Below, piece by piece: positions 52,091 to 62,557 of a DNA stretch of 64,000 nucleotides. The notes below the pieces were generated by a model, which saw only the letters and a list, made by a program, of their open reading frames with translations, had not been told where the DNA came from and did not search any database. The position numbers were made by a program, and so were the translations under genes. Within the stretch, counting starts at the first letter, position 1. Each line of letters begins with the position of its first letter. Source of the stretch: Candidatus Kaiserbacteria bacterium (lineage in GTDB: Bacteria > Patescibacteriota > Minisyncoccia > Phycocordibacterales > UBA918); the NCBI GenBank assembly GCA_016699245.1, contig CP064968.1, positions 640,317 to 704,316 on the forward strand, read 5' to 3'.

Positions 52091-52516
52091 TTATACAGTA
52101 GGACTAAACTCAATAATCCATTCAATACCGTATTTGTCTCTAAACATAGCAAATATTTCCTCTGCACTATCATCGACTGGTACTTCTACTTGCCCTCCAC
52201 TCGAAAGCCCTGTAAATATTTTCTTTGCTTCTTCTTTGCTCTCTGCGTCTATATGAATTTTACTTCTGTTTTCATTTTCATTTACTTTTCCCATAAATGC
52301 AGGAACATCGTTTCCTATGAGTGAATGTGTACTTCCCATAGATAACGTAATATTCATGATTTTTTCTGCATCTTCTTCGCTTACTTGAAATTCATCACTG
52401 GCAATGTCTTTAAAACGAATTACTTTGGTGAACTCTCCACCAAAGACAGATTTATAAAAATTGAATGCTTCTTCAGCATTTCCGTTAAAATTTATCCACG
52501 GACTCATTGTTTTCAT
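52091..52516 (-). CDS. VOC/glyoxalase-superfamily protein (PhnB-like)
   Basis: 141 aa. PhnB-like pattern. Confidence 0.5.
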   Translation of the reverse strand: MKTMSPWINFNGNAEEAFNFYKSVFGGEFTKVIRFKDIASDEFQVSEEDAEKIMNITLSMGSTHSLIGNDVPAFMGKVNENENRSKIHIDAESKEEAKKIFTGLSSGGQVEVPVDDSAEEIFAMFRDKYGIEWIIEFSPTV

Positions 52517-52543
52517 AGTGATAGTTTTATATTGTTTTAATAT

Positions 52544-52993
52544 CTACTGTGTCTCGAGCATCTTCCGCAACTCACCGATAACCGCCTTCTCCCAGAATTT
52601 CATTGAGTACCACTTGATTAAGGGTGTTGCGACGATGCGAAGCCATGGCTTATGAATGGAAACTTGATACGTATAGTCAATCAATGTTCCCTCTTTATGT
52701 TCAGAGAGCAATAGTTCCTCATGTCCAGAAGTGCCAAATTGATAACTATCATTATCTGAAATAAATCCTTTCCCTGGGAGAATTTGGGTTTTCATTTTTA
52801 CCTTAAATGATCTACCAAATGATTTTACAGTCGCTTCCATCTCCAGGTTATTACCTTCTTGTTTATTAACTACCACCGACTCAGCAACCTTCGGAAAATA
52901 TTCAGGAAGTTTTTCAAAATCGGTCATTATCCTCGCAACATCTTCAATAGATGCGTTAATCACCCACTGATCATGAAGTATGATTTCTTTCAT
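52544..52993 (-). CDS. SRPBCC (START/Bet v1-like) domain protein
   Basis: 149 aa. SRPBCC fold pattern. Confidence 0.5.
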   Translation of the reverse strand: MKEIILHDQWVINASIEDVARIMTDFEKLPEYFPKVAESVVVNKQEGNNLEMEATVKSFGRSFKVKMKTQILPGKGFISDNDSYQFGTSGHEELLLSEHKEGTLIDYTYQVSIHKPWLRIVATPLIKWYSMKFWEKAVIGELRKMLETQ

Positions 52994-53113
52994 ATATATA
53001 AATTATAGCAGAGCATCTGGTACTTCCGGACAGAGAGAAAATTGCTCAACCGTCAGAGTAAGACACAGGAATTTAATTGACCTCCCTTTTCTTTTATACT
53101 ATCATTCAACTAT

Positions 53114-53434
53114 ATGGTTGAACAAAGTCTAAATCTAGATACTATCTTCAGCGCCCTAGCAGATAAAACAAGACGGGATATCTTGCGTCGTGTTGCTGAA
53201 GCTTCCCTCTCGATTTCTGATCTCGCTCAGTCATATCAAATATCTTTTGCAGCCATCGCTAAGCATATTGGTGTACTCGAACGTGCACAACTCATCGAGA
53301 AAAAGCGCAAAGGTAAACAACAAATTATAACCGCTGTTCCGCGCACAATCGAAATTGCGACAGTGCACTTAGAACGCTATGAACAGCTTTGGGAGACTCG
53401 GTTCACCGCATTAGAAGATTTAATTACTCACTAA
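53114..53434 (+). CDS. ArsR/SmtB-family transcriptional regulator
   Basis: 106 aa. HTH motif LADKTRRDILRRV...ISDLAQSYQISFAAIAKHIGVLERAQLI. Confidence 0.8.
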   Translation: MVEQSLNLDTIFSALADKTRRDILRRVAEASLSISDLAQSYQISFAAIAKHIGVLERAQLIEKKRKGKQQIITAVPRTIEIATVHLERYEQLWETRFTALEDLITH

Positions 53435-53443
53435 TATTATTTT

Positions 53444-53926
53444 ATGAAAACAAACTACACAATAGGAGAAGATAAAAAGACACTGATTGCAAAGAGATCA
53501 TTTAATGCAACACTCGAAAAAGTTTGGCACGCGTGGACTGACAGTGAAATGTTAGACATGTGGTGGGGACCAAAGCCATATAACGCAATCACTCACTCGT
53601 TTTCTTTTACTGAAGGTGGTGAGTGGCGATACATCATGAAAGGACCAGAAGGTGATGCTCACTACTGTATAAATAAATACCTTACCATCACGCAAGAACA
53701 GGAATTTACTGCTGAGGATTCATTTACGAACGAGCATTGGGAAATAAATACTGAAATGCCAACGAGCCATTGGAAAGTTGAGTTCTCTCACGCTGATGGA
53801 GTAACACACATCTGTGTCACCACCACCTATAATTCTGCAGATGGACTAGAAACTGTTGTTAACATGGGGATGAAAGAAGGTTTCGATATGGGACTCAATC
53901 AACTCGAGGCGCTACTCACACATTAA
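53444..53926 (+). CDS. AHSA1/SRPBCC domain protein (ArsR-coupled)
   Basis: 160 aa. Canonical ArsR-AHSA1 gene pair. Confidence 0.65.
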   Translation: MKTNYTIGEDKKTLIAKRSFNATLEKVWHAWTDSEMLDMWWGPKPYNAITHSFSFTEGGEWRYIMKGPEGDAHYCINKYLTITQEQEFTAEDSFTNEHWEINTEMPTSHWKVEFSHADGVTHICVTTTYNSADGLETVVNMGMKEGFDMGLNQLEALLTH

Positions 53927-54012
53927 ATCTGGTGTATATAGACTTCTTACCAAAAATCCACTCCCTTCAAAAAATTTGAACTCTCCATTTAAGTCAAACG
54001 ATGTATCTCTCG

Positions 54013-54306
54013 TTACTTACCTTTGCGGTCTTCTTGTACACGAAAGCGTACCATCTTTGCAATTAACGACTTTGGGAGCGGTTTGCTATACACAAATCTT
54101 ACGCACCCCTTTGACGTACTGTACGAAGCGAGTTCTTTCGCAAAATGAGTGATGGCGGACGGTGTCGGATAAAAACCGAGATGATTCTTCATCGCCGCAA
54201 AGTGGACGATATTTTTATTCCCCACAAGCGTTGGCATCCCATATTTGATAGCCTCATGGGCTAGAGGCGCCTCTCCTTTTACAATGCCATACATTTCGTT
54301 CAACAC
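54013..54306 (-). CDS. DUF1801 domain protein
   Basis: 97 aa. MPTLVGNKNIVHFAAMKNHLGFYP. Confidence 0.55.
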   Translation of the reverse strand: MLNEMYGIVKGEAPLAHEAIKYGMPTLVGNKNIVHFAAMKNHLGFYPTPSAITHFAKELASYSTSKGCVRFVYSKPLPKSLIAKMVRFRVQEDRKGK

Positions 54307-54562
54307 AGACCTTAGTTCTTTCGGCTGGGCTGAAATATATGATTGTACTGTTTTAAAAGTTTTCCATTCGTACTATTTTACCCCAACTCAAGCGGTTGCA
54401 ACAATCCACTGTATTAGCCCCCACCACCTATACCACTCTGGTATCTCTAATCACTGCAACTGCCTCACCACACAAATAACAAATGCCCTTTGCGACAGAG
54501 CAAAAAGAGCATACAATATATAGAGTTACGTTGTTTGGTTTACCATTATAATAATCCTTTTT

Positions 54563-54928
54563 ATGAACGACATTGAAACAACCCCCGTTCCCGCAGCAAC
54601 TGAAGCACCAAAACCAGCTGAAGTGCCACAGGACAATACTGTACTGATGAGCGTACTGGCGTATATTGGTATTCTCGTACTTATTCCCTACTTCACCGCA
54701 AAGGAAAATCCAGTAGTGAAGTTTCATATCAAGCAGGGACTCGTGCTTGTTGTTATTGAAGTTGCTCTGTGGGTTGCTGGCTCAATGCTCTATATGCTCG
54801 CTCCAGTACTCATGCTCGCAAACCTCGCGACGCTTGTTCTCTCAATTATTGGTATCGTGAATGTACTCAATAAAAAGCAAGTCGAGTTACCACTTGTCGG
54901 TCAGTACGCAAAACACTTCAATATCTAG
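54563..54928 (+). CDS. DUF4870-like small membrane protein
   Basis: 121 aa. VLAYIGILVLIPYFTAKENPVVKFHIKQGLVL. Confidence 0.45.
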   Translation: MNDIETTPVPAATEAPKPAEVPQDNTVLMSVLAYIGILVLIPYFTAKENPVVKFHIKQGLVLVVIEVALWVAGSMLYMLAPVLMLANLATLVLSIIGIVNVLNKKQVELPLVGQYAKHFNI

Positions 54929-54931
54929 CAC

Positions 54932-56128
54932 ATGCACAACGAAAGTCCCTCCACGCTTGAAAGCATACATACACCTGAATCAGCGACTGAGCGTGCACGG
55001 ATTATTGCGTGTGACTTAGAACTCATCGACAAATCAGTCAATCCTGATGATTTGCGCTTTAGTCATATAATCCACACACTTCGTCAAGAAGGGATTTTTG
55101 ATGCGGAAATACAACGTGTTAAAGAACTTTTTAGGGAAGATCTTGGAGAATTTGGTGAAGATCTTGAGTCAGATGTATGGGAAATGCTCACCGTGCTTGA
55201 ACTCTTTGATCCCGAAACTGCGCGTCATTGTGTGGACACGTACCATATTGCAAAGAGCAAAGTGGAAACTGAACTCTGGAACGGTATTGTACTTGCTGAC
55301 TGTTTCGAACGTGAAGGTGTCGATCTCCACACCTTTTATGTTTCTTGTCTCCTTCATGATATTGGAAAAGTCGAGGTACCTCATTCGGTAGTCATCAATC
55401 GCGTAAGCGATGAGGAATGTGCATATCTTCTCTTTGAGCATACTGAGGATATACTTCTCCCCGCACTCCGAGCCCATCTTAAGAATCCAAATTTTGAACT
55501 TCCACCAAGTATTACTTCTGAAAATAGGTTACTCACCTATCTCCATGAAGAGTTGCATATCCGTCCGCAAGCTATTGCTCCTGTAAAACTGCTTCTGGGG
55601 AATCTGGATGCGGAATCGGTTGATGAGATTGAAAAACAACTCTCCCATGTAGGATGTTCACTCGATGACACACTTCTGCACATCATGCGTACACACGACA
55701 AATATTCAAAAGAGATTCTTCATGGCACGGGACGCGAAATTGAAGCAACTCTTGCGGGTTCACACCATTTCAATAATGAAAGTTCATACACGATTACTAT
55801 AGGCACGCTACGTGTGAGTGTCGCTTTGGCTGATATTATTCATCTTGCTGATGTGGAAAATGCAATATTGAGCACCAGACACTACAAAGAAAAACATACG
55901 TCTTTACAAGCACTCAAAGTACTCGTACTTCACGCAAAGCAGGGTGCAGTCGATAGTTATATTTCGTATCTCTGGATTGCAGACACTATTCATCGAATGG
56001 AAGACTCACTTAATGTTCATGATGAAAAAGAAATGTTGATATACACCTATATCACCAAACACCTTGAAGCAGAGAAGAAAACACATCTCGCGTATCCCGA
56101 CTGGAAACAAGGACTAAAGAACGTATAG
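54932..56128 (+). CDS. HD-domain phosphohydrolase family protein
   Basis: 398 aa. HD motif LLHDIGK. Confidence 0.55.
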   Translation: MHNESPSTLESIHTPESATERARIIACDLELIDKSVNPDDLRFSHIIHTLRQEGIFDAEIQRVKELFREDLGEFGEDLESDVWEMLTVLELFDPETARHCVDTYHIAKSKVETELWNGIVLADCFEREGVDLHTFYVSCLLHDIGKVEVPHSVVINRVSDEECAYLLFEHTEDILLPALRAHLKNPNFELPPSITSENRLLTYLHEELHIRPQAIAPVKLLLGNLDAESVDEIEKQLSHVGCSLDDTLLHIMRTHDKYSKEILHGTGREIEATLAGSHHFNNESSYTITIGTLRVSVALADIIHLADVENAILSTRHYKEKHTSLQALKVLVLHAKQGAVDSYISYLWIADTIHRMEDSLNVHDEKEMLIYTYITKHLEAEKKTHLAYPDWKQGLKNV

Positions 56129-56226
56129 GTGCATAGTTTGCTTTTTAGCATAAAGTATGGTCTAATGCCTACTGGACTGAGTTCTTCTCAGATTATATTT
56201 TGTCTCACCCTTAGGAGGAATACGCT

Positions 56227-56733
56227 GTGACCATCACTGTATGTTTAAAAGGAACACAAAAAATACGCTTAGTCCCTCATCATGGAGGATACAAGCTCAC
56301 CTACCCCTTTATTGGCATCACTGGCACAGGTGAAAGTGGACACATTGGACTTGGATCATTTACAGTCGATTTGAGAAGAGCCTTGTTTTGGGGACCGAAA
56401 GGACACCATAAACTTGTGCCCATATGGCGCGCGATGAAAATACTTGAGATGGTCGATACTATAGGTGATACCACTCTCACTGCGTGCTGGGCATTGTTTC
56501 ATCCAGAAACGCGATGTGTATTTGATACAGAGTACATCAAAGAACTTGCGGAACAATTTCATGGTGAAGCGGGTTTCATAAAAGCATATAACAGTGTAGC
56601 TCACGCGTTCCCTTCTCTTGAGGACTTCGACACACTTATGTCAAAAGTACGCGAAACAGGTATACGCATTGAGACTGATGAACTTTTTGATACATCGAAG
56701 AAAAATCTGAGTAGTCCACAATCAACACCATAG
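56227..56733 (+). CDS. Hypothetical protein
   Basis: 168 aa. No motif. Confidence 0.3.
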   Translation: MTITVCLKGTQKIRLVPHHGGYKLTYPFIGITGTGESGHIGLGSFTVDLRRALFWGPKGHHKLVPIWRAMKILEMVDTIGDTTLTACWALFHPETRCVFDTEYIKELAEQFHGEAGFIKAYNSVAHAFPSLEDFDTLMSKVRETGIRIETDELFDTSKKNLSSPQSTP

Positions 56734-56750
56734 TCCAAAACTATATTTCA

Positions 56751-56784
56751 AAAACGGCACCGTCCCTGGTGCCGTTTTATTTTA
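56751..56784. terminator. Bidirectional rho-independent terminator (aaaacggcacc...ggtgccgtttt)
   Basis: Hairpin flanked by A and T tracts between convergent genes. Confidence 0.6.
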
Positions 56785-56797
56785 TAGAATTTAAAAA

Positions 56798-57178
56798 TTA
56801 TTTCGCGAGCTTCTCCTTTACCTTTTGTGCAATGGCGCTGAGCGTGATATTAGTCTTCACAATATAATCGTCACCACCTGCCGCAATAATCTCTGCCACT
56901 TTTTCAAGGTCATCAAGTGCAGTGAGTACGATTACCTTCACACTCTTTCCCCATTCATCCGCACGAAGTTCTTTGAGGACGGTCACGCCGTCTTTTTTTG
57001 GCATAAGCACATCAAGAAGAATGATGTCTGGCTTTTTCTCAAACGCAGTTTTAATTCCCTCTTCTCCGTCGGGCGCAGTATATACTGTAAAGTCCTCATA
57101 GATAAACACCGTCTTTAAGGCCTCGCGAAGATCTGCTTCATCTTCAACGACCAAAATACTTTTTGATGTTGTTTCCAT
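56798..57178 (-). CDS. Stand-alone response-regulator receiver (CheY-like)
   Basis: 126 aa. Conserved Asp in IILLDVLMPKKDG. Confidence 0.8.
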   Translation of the reverse strand: METTSKSILVVEDEADLREALKTVFIYEDFTVYTAPDGEEGIKTAFEKKPDIILLDVLMPKKDGVTVLKELRADEWGKSVKVIVLTALDDLEKVAEIIAAGGDDYIVKTNITLSAIAQKVKEKLAK

Positions 57179-57218
57179 AGTCCTATTAGTATACTACAAA
57201 TAACTGTATGTGTGCTAT

Positions 57219-58544
57219 CTACGTGGGCAATATCACGGTAAATGTCGTTCCCACACCCTGTTTTGACTCAAAAGTGATAGTTCCCCCTAAAATACGTATT
57301 GCTTCCTTCACAATATACAGCCCAAGGCCTGTACCATCCGATTCGTGGGAATGAGCATTTGAGGCGCGAAAAAGCTTGGAAAAAATCATCTCTTGATCCT
57401 CTTCAGGAATACCAATCCCATTATCGGCAATAGCAATCGTGAGTGTCTTTTCATCAAGAAAGGCGTATGCGCGCACTTTCCCTCCGACAGGCGTGTACTT
57501 GATTGCATTACCTAAAATGTTACTCACCGCCATGTTGAGGAGGTGTGAATCAGACGAAAAGGTGCCAAACGGTTCGTTCCAATTTGTCTCAACTTCCACA
57601 CCTCGTGTTGCAGCATATGCTCGATACTCTTCTACCACCAAACCAAAAAACTGCGTGAGATCAAACGTGCTTCGCTGAATTGAAAGTGTTCCCAACTCAA
57701 GTTTAGACACATTGAGGAAATCATCAACAAGCGTCTGCATGCGCTCAAGTCCACGGGAAATTTTTTGCACATATGATTGTTGCAGTTCAGAGAGTTGTGT
57801 ACCTGTTGCCGTAGCGAGAAGTTCCAAGTTCCAGCGCATTGCAGAGACTGGGGTACGCAATTGATGGGATGCGAGTGAGACGAATTCTGTTTTTGCTTTA
57901 TCAATTTGTTTCTGTTTTGTAATATCTACCAAAGTCATAAGACCTTTTAAATCATTGTTTGTATCTCTAAACGAAAAAAGAGAGAGCATTACCCAGTGCA
58001 CTTTCCCATCCATTTCGTGCACAATTGCTTCAACATCATTGACAAAGCGTCCCTGTTTAAAATACTCTGGAATAAGAGCTATTTTTTGCTCATCTTCTCC
58101 TTCAATCAACGTAAACACATCAACGCCCTCAAATTTTTGTATCTCAATACTAAATAATCGTGCTGCAGAAAAATTAACTGATTCAATGATTCCTGTTTTA
58201 TCAATAAGAATATAGGGAACAGGGCTATTGCGATACAACTCTGAAAAAAGTTCTCGTGAATAGGTTAGTATTTCGCTTGTAATATCCCGCGCAATGGAAT
58301 GTGCGCTCGCGTACATACGAAGTGATTGATATACTACAACGGTAATGAGTGCAAAAGAAAAAAGTACTGCCCCTACGAAAAGAATAGGTAAAAAAGCAGG
58401 TGGTATATTGATATACTTCCACACCAAAAAACCTATTCCCATGAGACCAACACACACTATCCCAGACACAGTGAGTGAGGAAGAAACTGAGTACTCTGGA
58501 TGCATACATATATCATAGCAGGTCGCGCGTGTGCATTTAGTCAC
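57219..58544 (-). CDS. Sensor histidine kinase (2 TM, PAS, HisKA, HATPase_c)
   Basis: 441 aa. H-box LASHQLRTP and G2 box GTGLGLYIV. Confidence 0.85.
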   Translation of the reverse strand: MTKCTRATCYDICMHPEYSVSSSLTVSGIVCVGLMGIGFLVWKYINIPPAFLPILFVGAVLFSFALITVVVYQSLRMYASAHSIARDITSEILTYSRELFSELYRNSPVPYILIDKTGIIESVNFSAARLFSIEIQKFEGVDVFTLIEGEDEQKIALIPEYFKQGRFVNDVEAIVHEMDGKVHWVMLSLFSFRDTNNDLKGLMTLVDITKQKQIDKAKTEFVSLASHQLRTPVSAMRWNLELLATATGTQLSELQQSYVQKISRGLERMQTLVDDFLNVSKLELGTLSIQRSTFDLTQFFGLVVEEYRAYAATRGVEVETNWNEPFGTFSSDSHLLNMAVSNILGNAIKYTPVGGKVRAYAFLDEKTLTIAIADNGIGIPEEDQEMIFSKLFRASNAHSHESDGTGLGLYIVKEAIRILGGTITFESKQGVGTTFTVILPT

Positions 58545-58989
58545 ATATCAAGGCATGTGGGTTTCATATACTCTGTTATACTCTCTCAGTATGAAACACA
58601 CGAATACACCAGTTGTTGTCAAACGCTCGACTGCAGGGCTTGGACTTTTTGCACATACCACGTTTAAACGTGGGGATTTTATTATTGAATACACGGGTGA
58701 GGCAATCTCACATGAGGAAGCGGACCGTCGTGGTGGGAAATATCTTTTTATCCTCTCAGACTCAGTAGTACTTGATGGGAAAGGTCGTGAAAATACTGCT
58801 CGCTATATCAATCACTCATGCAAGCCAAATGCAGAAGCAGAAACAGACGAAGATGCGGGCAAAATTCGCATCTCAGCAAAAAAGACTATTCTTCCGGGCG
58901 ATGAAATCACCTATGATTATGGAAAAGATTATGTGTCTGAGTATATAAAGCCACGTGGCTGCCACTGCCGTGCTTGCAAAAGCATATAG
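58531..58989 (+). CDS. SET-domain protein (putative lysine methyltransferase)
   Basis: 152 aa. SET motifs RYINHSCKPNA and EITYDYG, with a C-terminal Cys cluster. Confidence 0.7.
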   Translation: MHLVTYQGMWVSYTLLYSLSMKHTNTPVVVKRSTAGLGLFAHTTFKRGDFIIEYTGEAISHEEADRRGGKYLFILSDSVVLDGKGRENTARYINHSCKPNAEAETDEDAGKIRISAKKTILPGDEITYDYGKDYVSEYIKPRGCHCRACKSI

Positions 58990-58990
58990 T

Positions 58991-60169
58991 TTAAAACACC
59001 CCTGCAATACGGGCTATTTCTGCAACCTCTTCAGTATGTACCACGTACATAGTAGCGGGACTTTTTGGTGTACTTATGACACCTGGTCGGTTACTCAGTG
59101 TGTCATTCAATTTCTCATCAAGGACTAAGCCGAGGTATGCGAAACGTTCGGTAATGAGTTCGCGGACAAGAGCATTGCGCTCAGGTGCAGTACCGGTGAG
59201 AGCCAGAATATCAACACCCCCAAGAACTGCTGCTGCTGCACCTATTGCTTTTCGAATTCCCTCTATGTACATTGCTACCGCAATGAGTGCATCGGGATCT
59301 TTTTTCATATATCTATCGATTGCGACACGGAGGTCGTTACTTCCGAGCATTCCTCGCAAACCGCCCATCTGACTTACCGCAAGTTCTGTTTTTTCGATAT
59401 TGTTTCCGTATTGTTTAAAAAGATAAATAAGTGCGGCAGGATCTACTTCGCCAGCACGTGTGCCCATCATAAGTCCGCTCGTCGGAGCAAAGCCCATGGT
59501 GGTTTCCACGCTCTTTCCTTCCTTAAGCGCAGTGACACTCATACCGCTTCCAATATGGCAGACCACCATACGTGCAGGTACACGCCCCTCGTTTTCCTCT
59601 GCAATTTTGCGTACAACTGATGCAACCGAGAGTCCGTGGTACCCGAAACGATACAAATCAAATGCAACTGAATCCTTTTTTGGGATACTGTACAGACGTG
59701 CATGCTGAGGCATAGTGGCGTGAAATGCACTATCAGAGACACCCACTATCCGCGCATGGGGTAGCGCCTCGCGCACGCGAGCAATTTCTGAAAGTTCATG
59801 AGGAATATGCAGTGGTGCCGCTTCGACAACTGCACTGAGTCGACGCACATATGCTCCATCAATGAGTCTGTGTGTGGTGAAAAATGTCCCTGGTGCAACA
59901 ATACGCACACCTACCCGAGTAATATCTTTTATGTGTGAGATGACTCCTGCGGCAATAGCACGTTTAAGCGCTTCGTCGAGACCCTCATCAAACTGACTTC
60001 TCGTAGCATCTCCACAAATTTGACGCTCACCATTTACCTCCACACAATGCCCAAACTCATCTCCTATGCGTTCAAAAAACACCGAGAAAACCTCGCGCCC
60101 ATCACGGTACAGCGCATACTTTTTAGAAGAACTTCCTGGATTTACGACGAACGTGGTGTCCATGTCCAA
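58991..60169 (-). CDS. ackA: Acetate kinase
   Basis: 392 aa. N-terminal VVNPGSSSKKYALY and the ASKHG-family fold. Confidence 0.8.
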   Translation of the reverse strand: MDMDTTFVVNPGSSSKKYALYRDGREVFSVFFERIGDEFGHCVEVNGERQICGDATRSQFDEGLDEALKRAIAAGVISHIKDITRVGVRIVAPGTFFTTHRLIDGAYVRRLSAVVEAAPLHIPHELSEIARVREALPHARIVGVSDSAFHATMPQHARLYSIPKKDSVAFDLYRFGYHGLSVASVVRKIAEENEGRVPARMVVCHIGSGMSVTALKEGKSVETTMGFAPTSGLMMGTRAGEVDPAALIYLFKQYGNNIEKTELAVSQMGGLRGMLGSNDLRVAIDRYMKKDPDALIAVAMYIEGIRKAIGAAAAVLGGVDILALTGTAPERNALVRELITERFAYLGLVLDEKLNDTLSNRPGVISTPKSPATMYVVHTEEVAEIARIAGVF

Positions 60170-62502
60170 TTAGTTATATCAAGAGGATCATTACCAAATT
60201 CAACAACAAATGCCCGATGCGCAGTGAGTTTTTCTTCATACTTTGCAATCAATTCTTCACGCTGATGCACCGTAATAAGCCCCTCTTCCTCTGCAACTTC
60301 AAATGCTTTCATTGCAAGATGGTAACGGTCTGTCTTGTTGCGAACGAACATATCGAATGGCGTCGTCGTTGAACCGTGTTCCTCATACCCATGTATGGTG
60401 AACCGTTTTGGTTCTGCACCATAATCAAAAAGAATTTGCTTAATGGTCTGTGGGTAGCCATGGAAGTTGATGACAACATGTTTATCGTTCGTGAAGTAGT
60501 AGTCCATATCATGAGGCACCACACGAGAAGTGGTATTACCAAGCCCATTTGCGGAAAGTGACACAATATTTACAAAGCGCATGCGCATTTCAGGAATTTC
60601 ACCGCGCACAATAGTAATAGCGGCGAGCGTCTCTTTGGTGAGATAGTCTCCTGCAGCCGCAAAGACGATGTGTGGTTCTTTATCGCTTGCAAAATGCCAG
60701 ATAGAAATTCCCTCCTCAACGTCATGAGTAGCCTCATCGAGTGTACGCCAGCATGGCACGGGGCGCTTTTCAAGAACCAAGATATTCATTTCGTTCTTCG
60801 AACCGAGTGAGCGTTCCATCACCTTAAGTGCAGTATTCATATCTGAAGGGAAATAGACATTCACAAAGTGCCCTTGACGCTGAAGCATATCATCGATAAA
60901 GCCAGGATTTTGATGTGAAAATCCATTATGTTCCTGTCGCCATGCACCCGATGTGAGAATGTAATTGAGAGACGGCACATCACCCCGCCATGGAATGTTG
61001 CGTGCAATGCTGAGGAATTTTGCATATTGGTCTGCCATACTCGCCACAATCTGCATAAAAGCTTCGTATGAAGCGAATATGGCATGGCGGCCCGTGAGAA
61101 TGTATCCCTGCATAAGCCCCTGAAGACTATGCTCAGAGAGCATCTCAATGACTCGTCCGTCGCGTGCCATGTCGCGGTCCCACTCACGGATAGGGAGCAT
61201 GAACGAGCGCTTCGTTACCTCAAAGACAGCGTCGAGTTTGTTAGAGTAGGTTTCGTCGGGAGAAAAGATGCGCATGTTTTTTGAACCTTCGTTTTGTGCA
61301 ATCACATCACGCACATACTTTCCAATGGCCTGCATGCTACTCTCCTCGCCGCATGACCCTCCATCGGGGCGCGCGGTGTGCTCATTTGCGTAATGAACAA
61401 CATCGGGAAGTACAAGTGGCTTGTATCCCGGTGCTCCTCCCATGGTGTGTGGATTATCACCCATACGACGATGTTCTGAAGGAATGAGTCCAGCGATATC
61501 CGCATGGAATTGCTTTCCATCAAAGAGTTCATGAAAACGATACGAGCGAAGCCATCCTTCGAGTGCTGCAAGTTCCTCAGGCTCAATACGTGCATTTTCG
61601 AGAATAACCTGGTGTGAAAGACAATTGTCTTCGAGACGCTTGCCATGCATTTCGTGAACACTTCCCCATCCCTTTGGCGAACGGAGAATAATCATCGGAA
61701 ATCGTGGTGGCTCCTCAACTGCCCCATCACGCGCTGCTCTTTGAATACCTCGAATACGCTCAACAGCGGTATCCACAACCGAAATCATACGATCGTGTAC
61801 GTCTCCTTCCTGGTATGCGTCAACGATATGTGGCTCGTAGCCATATCCACGGAACAAAAGGACTAAATCCTCATCACTCATACGACCGAGAATGGTAGGG
61901 CCTGAAATCTTATAGCCGTTGAGATGGAGAATGGGTAATACAGCCCCATTGGTTGCTGGATTAAGGAATTTGCTCAGATGCCATGCAGTGGCAGTAGGAC
62001 CTGTTTCCGCTTCACCATCTCCCACAAGACAGGTGGCAATAAGGTCGGGATTGTCGAGCACAGCGCCATACGAAGTTGAAAGCGCATACCCAAGTTCCCC
62101 ACCTTCGAGAATCACTCCCGGTGCACCAGGGTTACTGTGACTGGGAAAACCATACGGCCAACTAAATTGCTTTGCCATAGCGTTAATACCATCACGATTT
62201 CGTGGCAACTCTGGATAATACTTTGAAAGTGTCCCTTCCAAAAAAAGATTTGCCTGCACTGCAGGAAAGCCGTGACCTGGACCAAGCACAAACATCATGT
62301 TGAGGTCGTGTGCTTTAATCGCACGATTCATGTGTGCGTATACAAAGTTAATTCCCGGGCAGGTACCCCAGTGACCAAGGAGTCGTTCTTTAACATGCTC
62401 GGGACGGAGCGGCTCTTCAAGTAAAAAATTATCTTTTAAATAAATTTGTGCTGCGGAAATATAGTTTGCCGCACGCAAAAAATTCTCTATGTGGGTATGC
62501 AT
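60142..62502 (-). CDS. xfp: Xylulose-5-phosphate/fructose-6-phosphate phosphoketolase
   Basis: 786 aa. N-terminal ISAAQIYL...GHWGTCPG. Confidence 0.9.
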   Translation of the reverse strand: MHTHIENFLRAANYISAAQIYLKDNFLLEEPLRPEHVKERLLGHWGTCPGINFVYAHMNRAIKAHDLNMMFVLGPGHGFPAVQANLFLEGTLSKYYPELPRNRDGINAMAKQFSWPYGFPSHSNPGAPGVILEGGELGYALSTSYGAVLDNPDLIATCLVGDGEAETGPTATAWHLSKFLNPATNGAVLPILHLNGYKISGPTILGRMSDEDLVLLFRGYGYEPHIVDAYQEGDVHDRMISVVDTAVERIRGIQRAARDGAVEEPPRFPMIILRSPKGWGSVHEMHGKRLEDNCLSHQVILENARIEPEELAALEGWLRSYRFHELFDGKQFHADIAGLIPSEHRRMGDNPHTMGGAPGYKPLVLPDVVHYANEHTARPDGGSCGEESSMQAIGKYVRDVIAQNEGSKNMRIFSPDETYSNKLDAVFEVTKRSFMLPIREWDRDMARDGRVIEMLSEHSLQGLMQGYILTGRHAIFASYEAFMQIVASMADQYAKFLSIARNIPWRGDVPSLNYILTSGAWRQEHNGFSHQNPGFIDDMLQRQGHFVNVYFPSDMNTALKVMERSLGSKNEMNILVLEKRPVPCWRTLDEATHDVEEGISIWHFASDKEPHIVFAAAGDYLTKETLAAITIVRGEIPEMRMRFVNIVSLSANGLGNTTSRVVPHDMDYYFTNDKHVVINFHGYPQTIKQILFDYGAEPKRFTIHGYEEHGSTTTPFDMFVRNKTDRYHLAMKAFEVAEEEGLITVHQREELIAKYEEKLTAHRAFVVEFGNDPLDITNWTWTPRSS

Positions 62503-62557
62503 ATACGTGCATTATACCCCATGCATGTGTGCAGATACGTGGGTAATCCACGTATTG

